Positions 33,276 through 45,067 of a stretch of 64,000 bases of DNA are shown in pieces. A program made the translations under genes and the position numbers. Where the stretch lies: assembly GCF_009914755.1 (NCBI RefSeq), contig NC_060928.1. One strand, given 5' to 3'. The DNA is from the human T2T-CHM13v2.0 reference genome, Homo sapiens. Position 1 is the stretch's first letter, and each line of letters begins with the position of its first letter. A model generated the notes under the pieces. It worked only from the letters and a program-made list of their open reading frames with translations. It did not search any database and was not told the origin of the DNA.

Positions 33276-33720
33276 TGTATTAGTCAGAGTTCTCTAGAGG
33301 GACAGAACTAATAAGATAGATGCATATAAAAAGGGAAGTTTATTAAGCAGTATTAATGCACACGATCACAAGGTCTCACAATAGGCCGTCTGCAAGCCAA
33401 GGAGCAAGGAAGCCAGTTTGAGTCCCAAAGCTGAAGGACTTGGAGTCTAATGTTCGAGGACAGGAGGCGTCCAGCACAGAAAAAAATGTAGGCTGAGAGG
33501 CTAAGCCAGTCTGATCTCTCCACGTTGTTCTGCCTGCTTTTATTCTGATCACATTGGCAGCTGATTAGATTGTGCCCACTCAGATTAAAGTGGGTCTGCC
33601 TTTCCCAGCCCACTGACTTAAATGTTAATCTCCTTTGGCAACACCTTCACAGACACACCCAGGATCAATACTTTGCATCCTTCAATCCAGTCAAGTTGAC
33701 ACTCAGTATTAACCATCACA
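33276..33720 (-). mobile_element. MLT2A (HERV-L) solo LTR
   Basis: Minus strand TGTGATGGTTAATACTGAGTGTCAACTTGAC...CTCTGACTAATACA; 5-bp TSD TTCTC at 33271-33275 and 33721-33725. Confidence 0.9.
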
Positions 33721-33919
33721 TTCTCACTTAGGTAACGGTGTGACAAAACTTAGGGCCTTAGTGCCACTTCAGTTACCATCATTTTGGGTTTCTAGTTTCA
33801 GCACATCATTCATAAGTCATCATGTCCTCATGGTCACACATTTCTTTAAGCTTTTGTCATTACAGTTCAGGAGAGACCATTTGACATTCTTGAGATGGCT
33901 GCATGCAAACATTCAAAAC

Positions 33920-34510
33920 TTTTTAAAGAAAACAGCACATGAGGGAGACTACTATTATGACCATGAGGAGGATAATACCAAGAGTTTGGAGTATGCTTTT
34001 TAGCCAGAGTCCCCATGAACCAATCCAACTACAATTAAATAGATCAAAGAATTAGCTAGACAAAGAGTCTACTCATTTCAACCAGGTAGCCTGTTCATTA
34101 ATCCCCTAGAAATGAATCTCTATAATACCCAATGTATTCCTTCACGTACAACTAGAAGTACCAGCAACTATACAGATACTTCTGTTTAGCCAGCAAGTAA
34201 TCTAGAGCAATTCAATTATTTAGCATAACTTTCACAAGAGAATTTTAAGTCTGTTGTGTAGCCAGAGCTTTTGCAGTAGAATCTGCTACAGAGCCTATCA
34301 TGAGGGATAAATTTCTAATCATTGCCTCATCTACTCCCAACCACAGAAAGAGCGATCTAACAAATGATATCCATCCAAAAGAGAGAAGATCTCCTGTAAA
34401 GGTTTTCTTTAATCCATGATGTACCTTAAGAGGAGTGGACCAATGTTCTGTTTTTGATTGACTATGAAGGAACAAGGCTAACATTTGTTGTTCGTATTGG
34501 TCCTTCATCT
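33920..34510 (-). pseudogene. ERV env transmembrane-subunit remnant
   Basis: Manual translation: ..IRNLSLMIGSVADSTAKALATQQT*NSLVKVMLNN*IALDYLLAKQ (immunosuppressive-domain-like), frameshifted CIVAGTSSC (degenerate CX6CC), anchor SILQTLGIILLMVIIVVSLMCC. Confidence 0.8.
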
Positions 34511-34764
34511 TTCATCTCTCAAGGCATAAGGTTGTCCATGTGGAAGTTTGGCTGCGAAATCTTCCACAAATAAAAGTATACCCCAAGAGGGCACATAAGA
34601 GACCCCCTTTTTAGCTCTATTGTTGTTAGAGACATAAGCAAGAAAAAATGAGAGATTAAGAGTTTCATAACAGCAGACAATTCTTGATCCATGATCTTGG
34701 GAAAAAGCCATCCACATCAATGATGCCATCTTCTTGGGGAGAAACCTCCCTGGTTAGCTTTACC

Positions 34765-35000
34765 TTAAGAGTTCCAATGGGCATACATTTCCAAGACTGT
34801 GGAATGACCCTTCTCAGTTGTGAGATTATGAAGCCAAGACTCAAGTTCCCAAAGTTTTGCTGCAGTGTGGATGGCAAGAGCAATCTTTCTCTGATGTTGC
34901 TCCCAGAAGACCCAGTCTTCATATTCTAGATTATTAAGGGGTTGATTGTCCTCAGTCAGTGGACCATAAAAAGCTTTCTTTAACTGGTGAAAATACACTT
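34765..35000 (-). pseudogene. ERV pol integrase C-terminal remnant
   Basis: LEYEDWVFWEQHQRKIALAIHTAAKLWELESWLH resembles the gamma-type IN C-terminus (DWV..K..TAAKL...WIH) without the GPY segment. Confidence 0.6.
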
Positions 35001-36029
35001 TGGCCTAATGAGCTACTGTTACAACATCAGCCCTCTTGCCTAGGAAAGCTTTTATACAACCAGAAAACATACATTGAAAATGAAAATTGAATGAAATCCC
35101 TCTATAAATGTTTAAATGGCCCATCAGGTAACAGAAATGTACCTGAAGTTTAGATTATCTTCCTAGGAATATGGGTTTAACAAACCAAACATTGATCATA
35201 AACTATTTTAGCAATTTAGGACAGTTACACCACCTATAAATATCATTAATATATGATATATTTATTATATATTATTAATATATAATATATTAATAATTTA
35301 TATATTAATTTGGATTCCTTTATCATTTCCATGATGAATCATGGATTGTACAGCTTTTAATAATGAAAACTTTAAAGACTCAGAAAAGACAAAGCAGCCA
35401 TCTAAGTTCTCCCTGAGTCCACATTTAACATTGGACTTATGTCCTCTTAAATCCAGTTGTTTCTCCGATTTAGGTGCAGAGCACTGATAACTAATAGGCT
35501 ATCGCAGATAATTTGACTTGCACCATGGAGTTTATTCAAATTGCATATCTAAACAGTAGTGGCTGATTTAGCATGAAAATCTGAGAAAGTATTTTCTTGA
35601 TATTCAATTAATTTTTGTCTTGCTTGGGTTAGCAGTTTTAAAAACCAGTCAGTTTCTCATTAGATTTCTGGGAATTCTTATCCAGGCTTCATAATATGAT
35701 CCAAAAGTTATCACAAACCTATATCCAAGAGTGCTTACCAGGGTGCTTTGAATCCTTTCATGAACCTCCTTAAAAACACAGTACCCTAAGATTCTATGTG
35801 CTTGTGAAGTTTTCAAAAACTGCATCAGAATTAAGCAATTAACTGTAGAAATGACTTTAAATGGTCATAGTTAAAGACAATTGACAAGGAAATTTGGTTA
35901 TTTCTTTGACCTATAAAATAACTTCACATAATAACCATAACTGTGTAGCATATACTGAGATATATTAGAATTTTAGAAATCTGATATAATTTTAGAACAT
36001 ATATTAATAATATATTCATTAAAATATAA

Positions 36030-36320
<291 letters not shown>

Positions 36321-39300
36321 AATAACTTGAAGAAAGTTAAACATTTCTTATTTGTCACTGCTTCCCATGTAATTCAACATGTCAAATAATCCTATTTATG
36401 TCTTTTTTGGATGTTTCAGGAGCCCTCTGTAGCATCCCAAAATTGAAGGTCAAAAAACACAATACTGAAGCTGAAATTTGATTTGGGGAAGCCTGTCAAA
36501 TATGTCAAAGGTTTAAAATACTTAACACAAATATGATTATAAGTAACCATAAAATAATAGTCATTTTTTTAGCCAATGTAATAATTAAAAGATTTTTTAA
36601 AACCAAAACCTTTACTCTTTGATAGAGGAGACTCAGTTTTCCAACCAAACGACCTAAGAAAGATAGCCTGAGACAGAATGTCTCTCCTCTCTTCTATTTT
36701 TTATAGTTTACTCAAAGGCGAACAAAGATATTTTACTGTCATTTATTAATACTCCATTGAAATTTTCCTCAAAAGAGAAAACCAAATTTTATTTTTAGAT
36801 TACTGTATTATCAATGCTAAAGCTAATTGTAATAAAACTTATAACTAAATCTATGAAATTTGTCATCTTTCGACCACACAAGATTTCCATAGGTCTTTTA
36901 TGTTTTACATTTTTCCCCAACTTCCTAGGTTTATGTAATTTTGCCTATTTTTTAGTCCTTCAATTTGAAATGTTTAAATAACTTCAAACTAGATAAAAAA
37001 AATTTTAAATACACATTTTATGTCTTTATTAGTTTCCTCATCAAAAGCATATCTTGCTTTTGTTTATACATTCTGTATACAGAATTGTTTCATATCTAGT
37101 AGTAGTAATATAATTATATATAAACTCTAATTTAACTATTAGAACCCTAATTTATAGTGAAAACTCTGAAAGTAATTTTGAACTGTTTTATATCAGTATT
37201 TACAAATAAAAACCATTTTATAATTTTTTTCAAAAGATGGTTCAAGTTATTGTTTTTTAACAGACCTAAATATATTTAGCTTTTCTGTACAATATAAAAA
37301 AAGTCAAGGTATATAGAATTAAACTCATGTTTAATAAGTAATATTTCAGTTTTTAACTTACAAATGATTCAGATATTTTATGTCTATGTGTTAATTAATT
37401 TAGCATAGTATGTAAGATTTGAAATGACTGAAATAAATTTTGAAACTATGACACAGGTACCTTCCCTAATGTCTTCCCCAGTCATCTTGGGTCCCAAGTA
37501 GCCATGTGGCATCCAGGAGGACTATGAAGGGTAGGGCCTGTCTGAGTCCTGAATTTGCATACCAGGTATAGAGGTCAGGACAGAAGACAGAGCTGTGAAG
37601 ACTATACCTGGAGAATCTAACCACTCCCGAAGTAACCAGGAGGCAAAGCTGGGGCAGGGAAGAAAGGGCCATATTGGGTTTGACTTTGCTGCATAGTTGC
37701 TGGTCTAGGCACTGAAAACATGTCTCCAGACCTCACCATGGCCACCTATGCAGACCCCCAAACCCAGAGGCTCTGAACCAAAACATAAGCTCCACAGTCA
37801 AATCAAGCAAGTATCAAATTATATTCAATTGTATTTTGAAGTCATTCCTATTTTACCAAGAATTTTAAAACAAGTTTTATTTATCAAATATTATCACATA
37901 CGCATAATACATATAGACCTACAAACACACAGACAGAAGCAGATTTTATACCTTTCTTAAAGGATTCTCATTTGCCAGTTTTTAAAGAGTTTTTCTTTTC
38001 CCCATTCAGCCTATCAATCTTCCAATTACCTATTTTGTCACCCTAAGCCATTGTTAACTAGGCAACAAATTTGCATTTCTAAAGGGAAAACTCTTAGGTG
38101 AAGCAAGAAAATTTCTATTTCAAAAGCACAGAGCTAACACTTTAGGCCTAAATACAGTACCATTTGCTCAAACCAAGGGGAAAGTGGTGTAAGTAAAAGT
38201 TAAGTTAGATAAGACGGCCAGAAAAGCACCTTAAACAGATATATGACTTGTGCAAATTAAAACAATGGGAAGAGTTTCTAATGTACATAGGCAGACATCT
38301 TACAAATGGAGATTTCCTTTATAGGTGTGAATTTCTTTTACAAAAGGGTTTCAGGAAAGCCAGTTAAATTCCAGAAAGGTGTATTCCAGTTTGATAGGTG
38401 GTGATCTTTTAAACTTAGCTATTGTTTCTTAGCTAAAATTACTGAGTTCAGGATGGAGTCCATTAAGGAATAGAGCAAAGAAAGCATTCTCTAGGCCTGG
38501 ACTCAGCATGGATGGGTCTGAAAAAGCAAGGCTACTTTTCCCAAGGGCCTACTTAATTTTTGTGGGTATATAGTAGGTGTATATGGGGTACATGAGATGT
38601 ATTGAAACAGGAATGCAATGTGTAATAATTACATAATGGAAAATGGGAATTGCATCCCCTCAAGCATTTGTGTAAAAAACAATTCAATTATGCTCTTTTA
38701 GTAATTTAAAAACATACAATTAAAATATTATTGACTATTGTCACCTTGCTGTACTATCAAATACTAGTTTGATAGTAGGATTGCTGAATCATACGGTAAG
38801 CCTATTTTAAGTTTTCTGAGGAATCTCCAAACTGTTCTCCACAGTAGTTGTACTAATTTACATTCCCACCAATAATGTATGAGGGTTCTCTTTTCTCCAA
38901 TTCCTCACCAGCATTTATTATTGACTGTCTTTTGGATATAAGCCATTTTAACTAGGGTCAGATAATATCTCACTGTAGTTTTGATTTGCACTTCTCTGAT
39001 GATCAATGATGTTGAGCACTTTTTCATATGCCTATTTGCTGTTTCTATACCTTCCTTTGAGAAATGTCTTTTCAAATCCTTTGCACATTTTTTATCAAAT
39101 TATTATATTTTTTCCTACAGTGCTGTTTGAGCTACTTATACATTCCGCTTATTAATCCCTTGTCAGATGGGGAGTTTACAAATATTTTCTCCCATTCTGT
39201 GGGTAGTCTCTTCACTTTGTTGATTGTTTCCTTCACTGTGCAGAAGCTTTTTAGCTTAATGTGATCCCATTTGTCTATTTTTGGTTGGTTGCCTGTGCTT

Positions 39301-39672
39301 GTGGGGTATTACTCAAGAAATTTTGCCCAGATCAATGTCTTAGAGAGTTCCCCAATGTTTTCTTGTAGTAGTTTCACAGTTTGAGGTCTCAGGTTTAAGT
39401 CTTTAATCCATTTTGATTTGATTTTTTTATGTGGCGAGAGATAGGCATCTAGTTTCATTCTTCTGCATATGGATATCCAGTTTTTCCAGCACTATTTATT
39501 GAAGAGATTGTCTTTTCCCCAGTGTATGTTCTTGACACCTTTGTCAAAAATGAGTTTACTGTAGGTGTATGAATTTGTTTCTGGGTTCTCTATTCTGTTT
39601 CATTGATGTATTTGTCTGTTTTAATGCCAACAACATGCTGTTTTGGTTACTACAGATCTGTAGTATAATTTG

Positions 39673-41868
39673 TTTTTTGTGGGTTTTTTTTTTTGTTTTT
39701 ATTGTTTCCACTTTATTGCTCTAGCATGGAACTTCAGGCAAGCCTGGACCTTCATCAACATGCAAAGAAGAGGCTGAGGGGGTTTGGGGACACAACCTGG
39801 CTGAGAGGGAAAACTGACAGGGGAAATACCAGAACGGGGGACAGGGGGTGGTCACCATGACACCAGGAGACAGCATCAGCCATGCCATCTGGGGTGAGGA
39901 AGGGAACAGAGAAGAAATGGTGTTTCTTCCCATGTCCCTAACACCCACATGGAGGCCACATTTGGAAATGGACTGGGAGAGGGAAAGGATGAGGAAAACA
40001 GCTGCCCAGGAGTCTCCTTCTCCACCCTGGGTTCATATCAGACCCCATCCCTACCACTTGCCTCTTCTACCCCTGGAAAATGGACCTAACAAACAGAAGG
40101 AGCAAAATAAATTAACACTCTAATGAGCATGTATGGATGGACATATGTTCATGTGCAATGGGGGAAGGGAAGAGGGGGTGACACCACCTAAAATGATTCC
40201 CCACCTCAATCTCCCAGCCTACTCCTTTCCCCCTTCCCCCTAAAGCCACCATCCAACCAGATAGAAAAATAAAGGTCTAATTCACTCAAAATTCTTCAGT
40301 TTTTACAAAACTAACAGGGCAGAGTAGGGAGACGGGGGGCAGGCAGCCACAGGAGTAGGGCTGGTGGAGAGGGGCTATGCTTCTGTCTCCACTTGAGACT
40401 GGCTCTCTGTGGTGTTGCTCTTCTGCTCCTCCATCTCTGTGTCAGTGAGATTGTCTCCTGAGGAAGCCTCTGCCTTGGCCTTGTTCTCTTCCTCAGCCAG
40501 CCTCTCAAACGTGTTGGCGTAGAGCGTCTTCTCCCAGGCAAGCTGCCTGCAGATCTGCTGCTGGCACACAGCCAGCTGGGCCTTGGCGGCTTCGTTGTTG
40601 GGGTAGAGCTGCAAGACCTTCTGGAAGTCAGCCTGTGCCAGTTCAAAGTCATTCACAGCCAGGTGGGCCTCTCCCCAATGGAAGAGGCCCTTCTCGTTGT
40701 TGCTGCCCAGTTCCAGGGCCTTGTTACAGCTTTCAGTGGCAGCAGAGAAGGCCTGTAGTTTCAGATGACACATGGCCAGGTTGAGGTAAGAGGCCAGTTG
40801 AAGGGCCTGTGCCTTCTGTGTTTCCTCATTGGAAAAACTAGACTCATATTCTACCCAGGACACAATCCTCTTATATTATAGTAAAGCTTGCTTGTATTTG
40901 CCTTCCTTGAAGTACACAGTGTCCCACTCTTTCACTGTGGTGCTCTGCTCCAGCTTCTCTTCTGAATTCATCTCCCAAGACTCCTTGGTCTTTTCAAAAC
41001 TCTTGAGGTGTAATTCATATTTCAGCTAGGCATTTGGTGGGATTTGGAACTTTTCCTTCCTAACACTGCCAAAAGCATAGCTGGGTTTGAGGTACACAAT
41101 GGAATGTTCTCCTTTCTACATGCACTGAATGGCCCTCTCCAGACCATAAGGCAGATCCAGATTCTCCTGATGTTCAAAGAACTAGTCCTTGTAGCACCCT
41201 TCCAGTGCAATCTCCATGATAGCACCCTCATTGGGCCTGGGATAGCCTTCACCGCAAGTCTGTAATTCTGTAGATGATTCCGCCATCTTCTTCTTCCGTC
41301 AGATCTTCTCCCTTAAACTCAAACAACTCCACCTCAAACACGAGTGTGGCATTGGGGAGATCTTTGGAGGACTGCCTGCTGCACCGAAGGCATATTCTGG
41401 TTTGCAGGTGATATGGCACACCTCCCCTGCCTTCATGGCTGCTATGGCAATGTCCCAAGCCTTGTTGACCTCCCCTTTTCCCAGGTCAAAGGAGAATTTG
41501 TCCTTGTGATCCAGACTGGGGTCAAAGTTTGTGCCATCTAACAGCCAGCCAGTGTAGTGGACAAAGATTCAGTCCCCAATCATGGGCATCTCTGTACCTG
41601 TGCCCTCTCTCGATGACCTTCAGCATGCCTTCCTCCTGTTTGGGCGAATGTCCACTCCCTCCATGGGAAGAGGCGCCAACTGTGTCCCATTCTCAGTCTC
41701 CTTCATCTCCTCAACTGTCATCTCCACGCAGCGCACCCTTTCTGGGAGCTGGCACCGGCACCAGCATACTCTGAGCCAAAGGCAGGGGTGCTACCTTCAG
41801 GGTGTGCAGGAGGCCAGGTGCTGTGGTGCTGACTGCGGACCACATGGAGGCTGGAGCACCTCTGCCAG
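39673..41868 (-). pseudogene. FKBP4P: Processed (retro)pseudogene of FKBP4/FKBP52; former CDS 41721-40375
   Basis: Intronless; MTVEEMK start, ..[27 protein letters not shown].., TPR ..[25 protein letters not shown]; 5' and 3' UTRs, AATAAA at 39712-39717, degenerate polyA, 16-bp TSD TCTGTAGTAT(A/G)ATTTG at 39657-39672 and 41869-41884; several stops and frameshifts. Which numbered FKBP4P it is cannot be told from sequence alone. Confidence 0.97.
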
Positions 41869-42204
41869 TCTGTAGTATGATTTGAAGTCAGGTAATGTGA
41901 TTCTCTCCAGTTTTGTTCTTTTTGCTCAGGATAGCTTTGACTATTCTGGATCTTTTGTTGTACCATGTAAATTTTAGGATAGTTTTTTATTATTAATATT
42001 TCTGTGAAGAATGTCATTGGTATTTTGAAAGGGACTGCAATGAATATGTAGATTGCTTTGGGTGATATTGACATTTTAACAAAATTGATTCTTCCCATCC
42101 ATGAACATGGAATGTATTTCTCTTTTTTGGTGTCCTCTTCAATCTCTTTTATCAGTGTTTTATAGTTTTCATTGTAGAGATCATTTCTTTGGTTAAATCC
42201 TAGG

Positions 42205-42559
42205 TGATATGGTTTGGCTGTGTCCCTACCCAAATCTCACCTTGAATTGTAATAGTCTCCACTTGTCAAGGGTGGGGCCAGGTGGAGATAATTGTATAAT
42301 GGGGGCAGTTCCCCCATACTGTTCTCATGGTAGTGAATAAGTCTCATGGGATCTAATAGTTTTATAAATGGGAGTTCCCCTGTACAAGCTCTCTTGCCTG
42401 CCACCATGTAAGACATGCCTTTGCTTCTTCTTTGCCTTCTGCCATGATTGTGAGGCCTTCCCAGCCTTGTGGAACTGTATGTCCATTAAACCTTTTTCCT
42501 TTATAATTTACCCAGTCTGGGGTATGACTTTATTAGCTGCATGAGAACAGACTAATATG
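42205..42559 (+). mobile_element. THE1 (THE1B/C-like) MaLR solo LTR
   Basis: TGATATGGTTTGGCTGTGTCCCTACCCAAATCTCA...ATTAAACCTTTTTCCTTTATAATTTACCCAGTC...GAGAACAGACTAATA. Confidence 0.92.
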
Positions 42560-44712
42560 CTACATATCTAATTTTATTTGTGGCTATTATAATTAGGATT
42601 ACTTTCTTGATTTCTTTTTCACACTGTTCACTATTAGCATATACAAATGCTACTGATTTTTGTATGTTGGTTTTGTATCCTGCAACTTTACAAAATTTAT
42701 CAGTTCTAATAGTTTTTTGGTGGCGTCTTTGGGTTTTCCCAAATATAAGATACCATCTGCAAACAAGGATAACGTGACTTCTTCCTTTCCAGTTGGATGC
42801 CCTTTATTTCTTCCTCTTGTCTGATTGCTGTAGCTAGGACTTCTAGTACTATGTTGAATAACAGTGGTGAAAGTGGGCATCCTTGTCATGATCCAGATGG
42901 GAGAGGGAAGGTTTTCAGGTTTTCCCCATTCAGTATGGTTTTAGCTATGGGTCTGTCACATATGGTTTTAATTATGTTAAGGTATGCTCCTTCTATACGC
43001 AGTTTTTTGAGGGTTTTTCATGAAGGGATGTTGAATTGTATCAAATGCTTTTTTAACATCTACTGACATGATCATACGGATTTGTCCATCATTCTACTGA
43101 TATGATGTATCACATTGATTGATTTGTGTATGTTGGAACATCCTTGCAAGCCAGAGATAAATCCCACTTGGTCATGATGAATGACCTTTTTTACCATATT
43201 AGTGAATTTGGTTTGCTAATACCTTGTTGAGGCCTTTTGCATCAAGATTCATCAGAGATACTGGCCTGTAGTTTTCTTTTTTTGATGTGTCTATGTCTGG
43301 TTTTGGTATCAGAGTAATACTGGCTTCATAGTATGTGCTGGGAAGTAGTCCCTCCTCCTCTATTTTTTCAGAATTGTTTCAGTAGGATTGCTATTAGTTA
43401 TTTTTTAAATGTTTAGCATAATTCAGTATTGAAGTCATTGGGTCCTGGGCTTTTATTTACAGGGAGATTTTTAATTACAACTTCAATCATGTTACTTGTT
43501 ATTGGTCTGTTCAAGTTTTGGATTTCTTCATGGTTCAATCTTGGTAGGTTGTATGCATCTAGGAATTTGCCCATTTCTTCTAGATTTTCCAATTTTTTGG
43601 CATACAGTTGCTCACAGTAGCCAGAAATTATCATATGAATTTCTGCATTATCAGTTATAATATCTCCTTTTTCATCTCTGATTTTACATATTTGGATCTT
43701 CTTTTTTTTTCTTAGGCAAGCTAAAAGTTTCTCAATTTTCTTTATCTTTAAAAAAACTTTTCGATTCATTGATCTTTTGTATTGTCTTCTTCATTTCAAT
43801 TTGATTTATTTCTGCTCTGATCTTTATTATTCCTTTTCTTCTACTAATTTTGGATTTGGTTTGCTCTTGCTTTTCTACTTCTTTGAGGTGCATCATTAGG
43901 TTGTTTATTTGAAGTTTTTTTTTTTTTTAATGTAGGCACTTATAGCTATAAGCTTCCCTATTAGTACTGCTTTTGCTGTATTCCATACAACAAAATGGTA
44001 TGTTGTGTTTCCATTATCATTTTTTCCAAGAAATTTTTCAATTTCCATCTTAATTTCTTCATTTACCCACTGGTTGTTCAGGGGCATATTGTTTACTTTC
44101 CATGTGTTTGTATAGTTTTCAAAATTCCTCTTGTTATTGATTTCTAGTTTTATTCCATTGTGGTCAGAGAATGTGCTTGATATGATTAACATTTTTTTGA
44201 ATGTTTTAAGACTTGTTTTGTGACCTAACATATGATCTGTCCTTCAGAATAATCTATATGCTGGGGAAAAGAATGTGTATTCTGCAGTCTTTGAAGGAAA
44301 TGTTCTGTAACTATCTATTAGATGTTTCTTTGTTGATTTTCTGTCTAGAAGATTGATGCAGTGTTGAAAGTGGGATGTTGAAATCTCCAGCTATTATTAT
44401 ATTGGGGTCTACTTCTCTCTTTAGCTCTAATAATATTTTCTTTATACATCTAGGTGCTCCAGCATTCAGTGCATATATATTTAAAATCGTTATATCCTCT
44501 TGCTGAATTGAACCCCTTATCATTATATAGTGACCTTCTTTGTCTATTCTTACAGTTTTTGTCTTGAAATCTATTTTGTCTGATATGAATATAGCTGCTT
44601 CTGCTCTTTTTTGGTTTCCATGGACTTGGAATATCTTTTCCATCCCTTTATTTTCCATGTGTGTTTTATAGGTGAAGTCTGTTTCTTGTGGGCAACAGAT
44701 CATTGGGTCTCA

Positions 44713-45067
44713 GTTTTTGGGGGGTTTTTTGGTGTGTTTTGTTTTGTTTTTTGTTTATTTTTTGGCTTTTGGCTTTTTTTTTTTTTTTGAGATGGAGTCT
44801 CACTCTGTCACCAGGCTGGAGTACGGTGGCACGATCTCGGCTTGCTGCAACCTCCGCCTCCTGGATTCAAGCAATTCTCCTGCCTCAGCCTCCTGAGTAG
44901 CTGAGACTACAGACACACACCACCACGCCCAGCTAATTTTTGTATTTTTAGTAGAGACAGGGTTTCACCATGTTGGCCAGGATGGTCTTGATCTCTTGAC
45001 CAAGTGATATGCCCACCTCAGCCTCCCAAAGTGCTGGGATTACAGGCGTGAGCCACCACACCTGGCC
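44713..45067 (-). mobile_element. Alu (AluSc-type) with long degenerate tail
   Basis: GAGATGGAGTCTCACTCTGTCACCAGGCTGG...GAGCCACCACACCTGGCC; ~75-nt T/G-rich tail. Confidence 0.95.

Noticed and set aside
35235-35310. AT-rich quasi-palindrome
   Set aside because: Low-complexity AT sequence; self-complementarity is expected
40375-41721. Functional FKBP4 gene or retrogene
   Set aside because: Intronless with polyA and TSD, multiple stops and frameshifts, heavy CpG decay
42205-42559. THE1 LTR as promoter of the FKBP4 retrocopy
   Set aside because: Only ~340 bp upstream, but oriented away from it; no evidence of bidirectional activity
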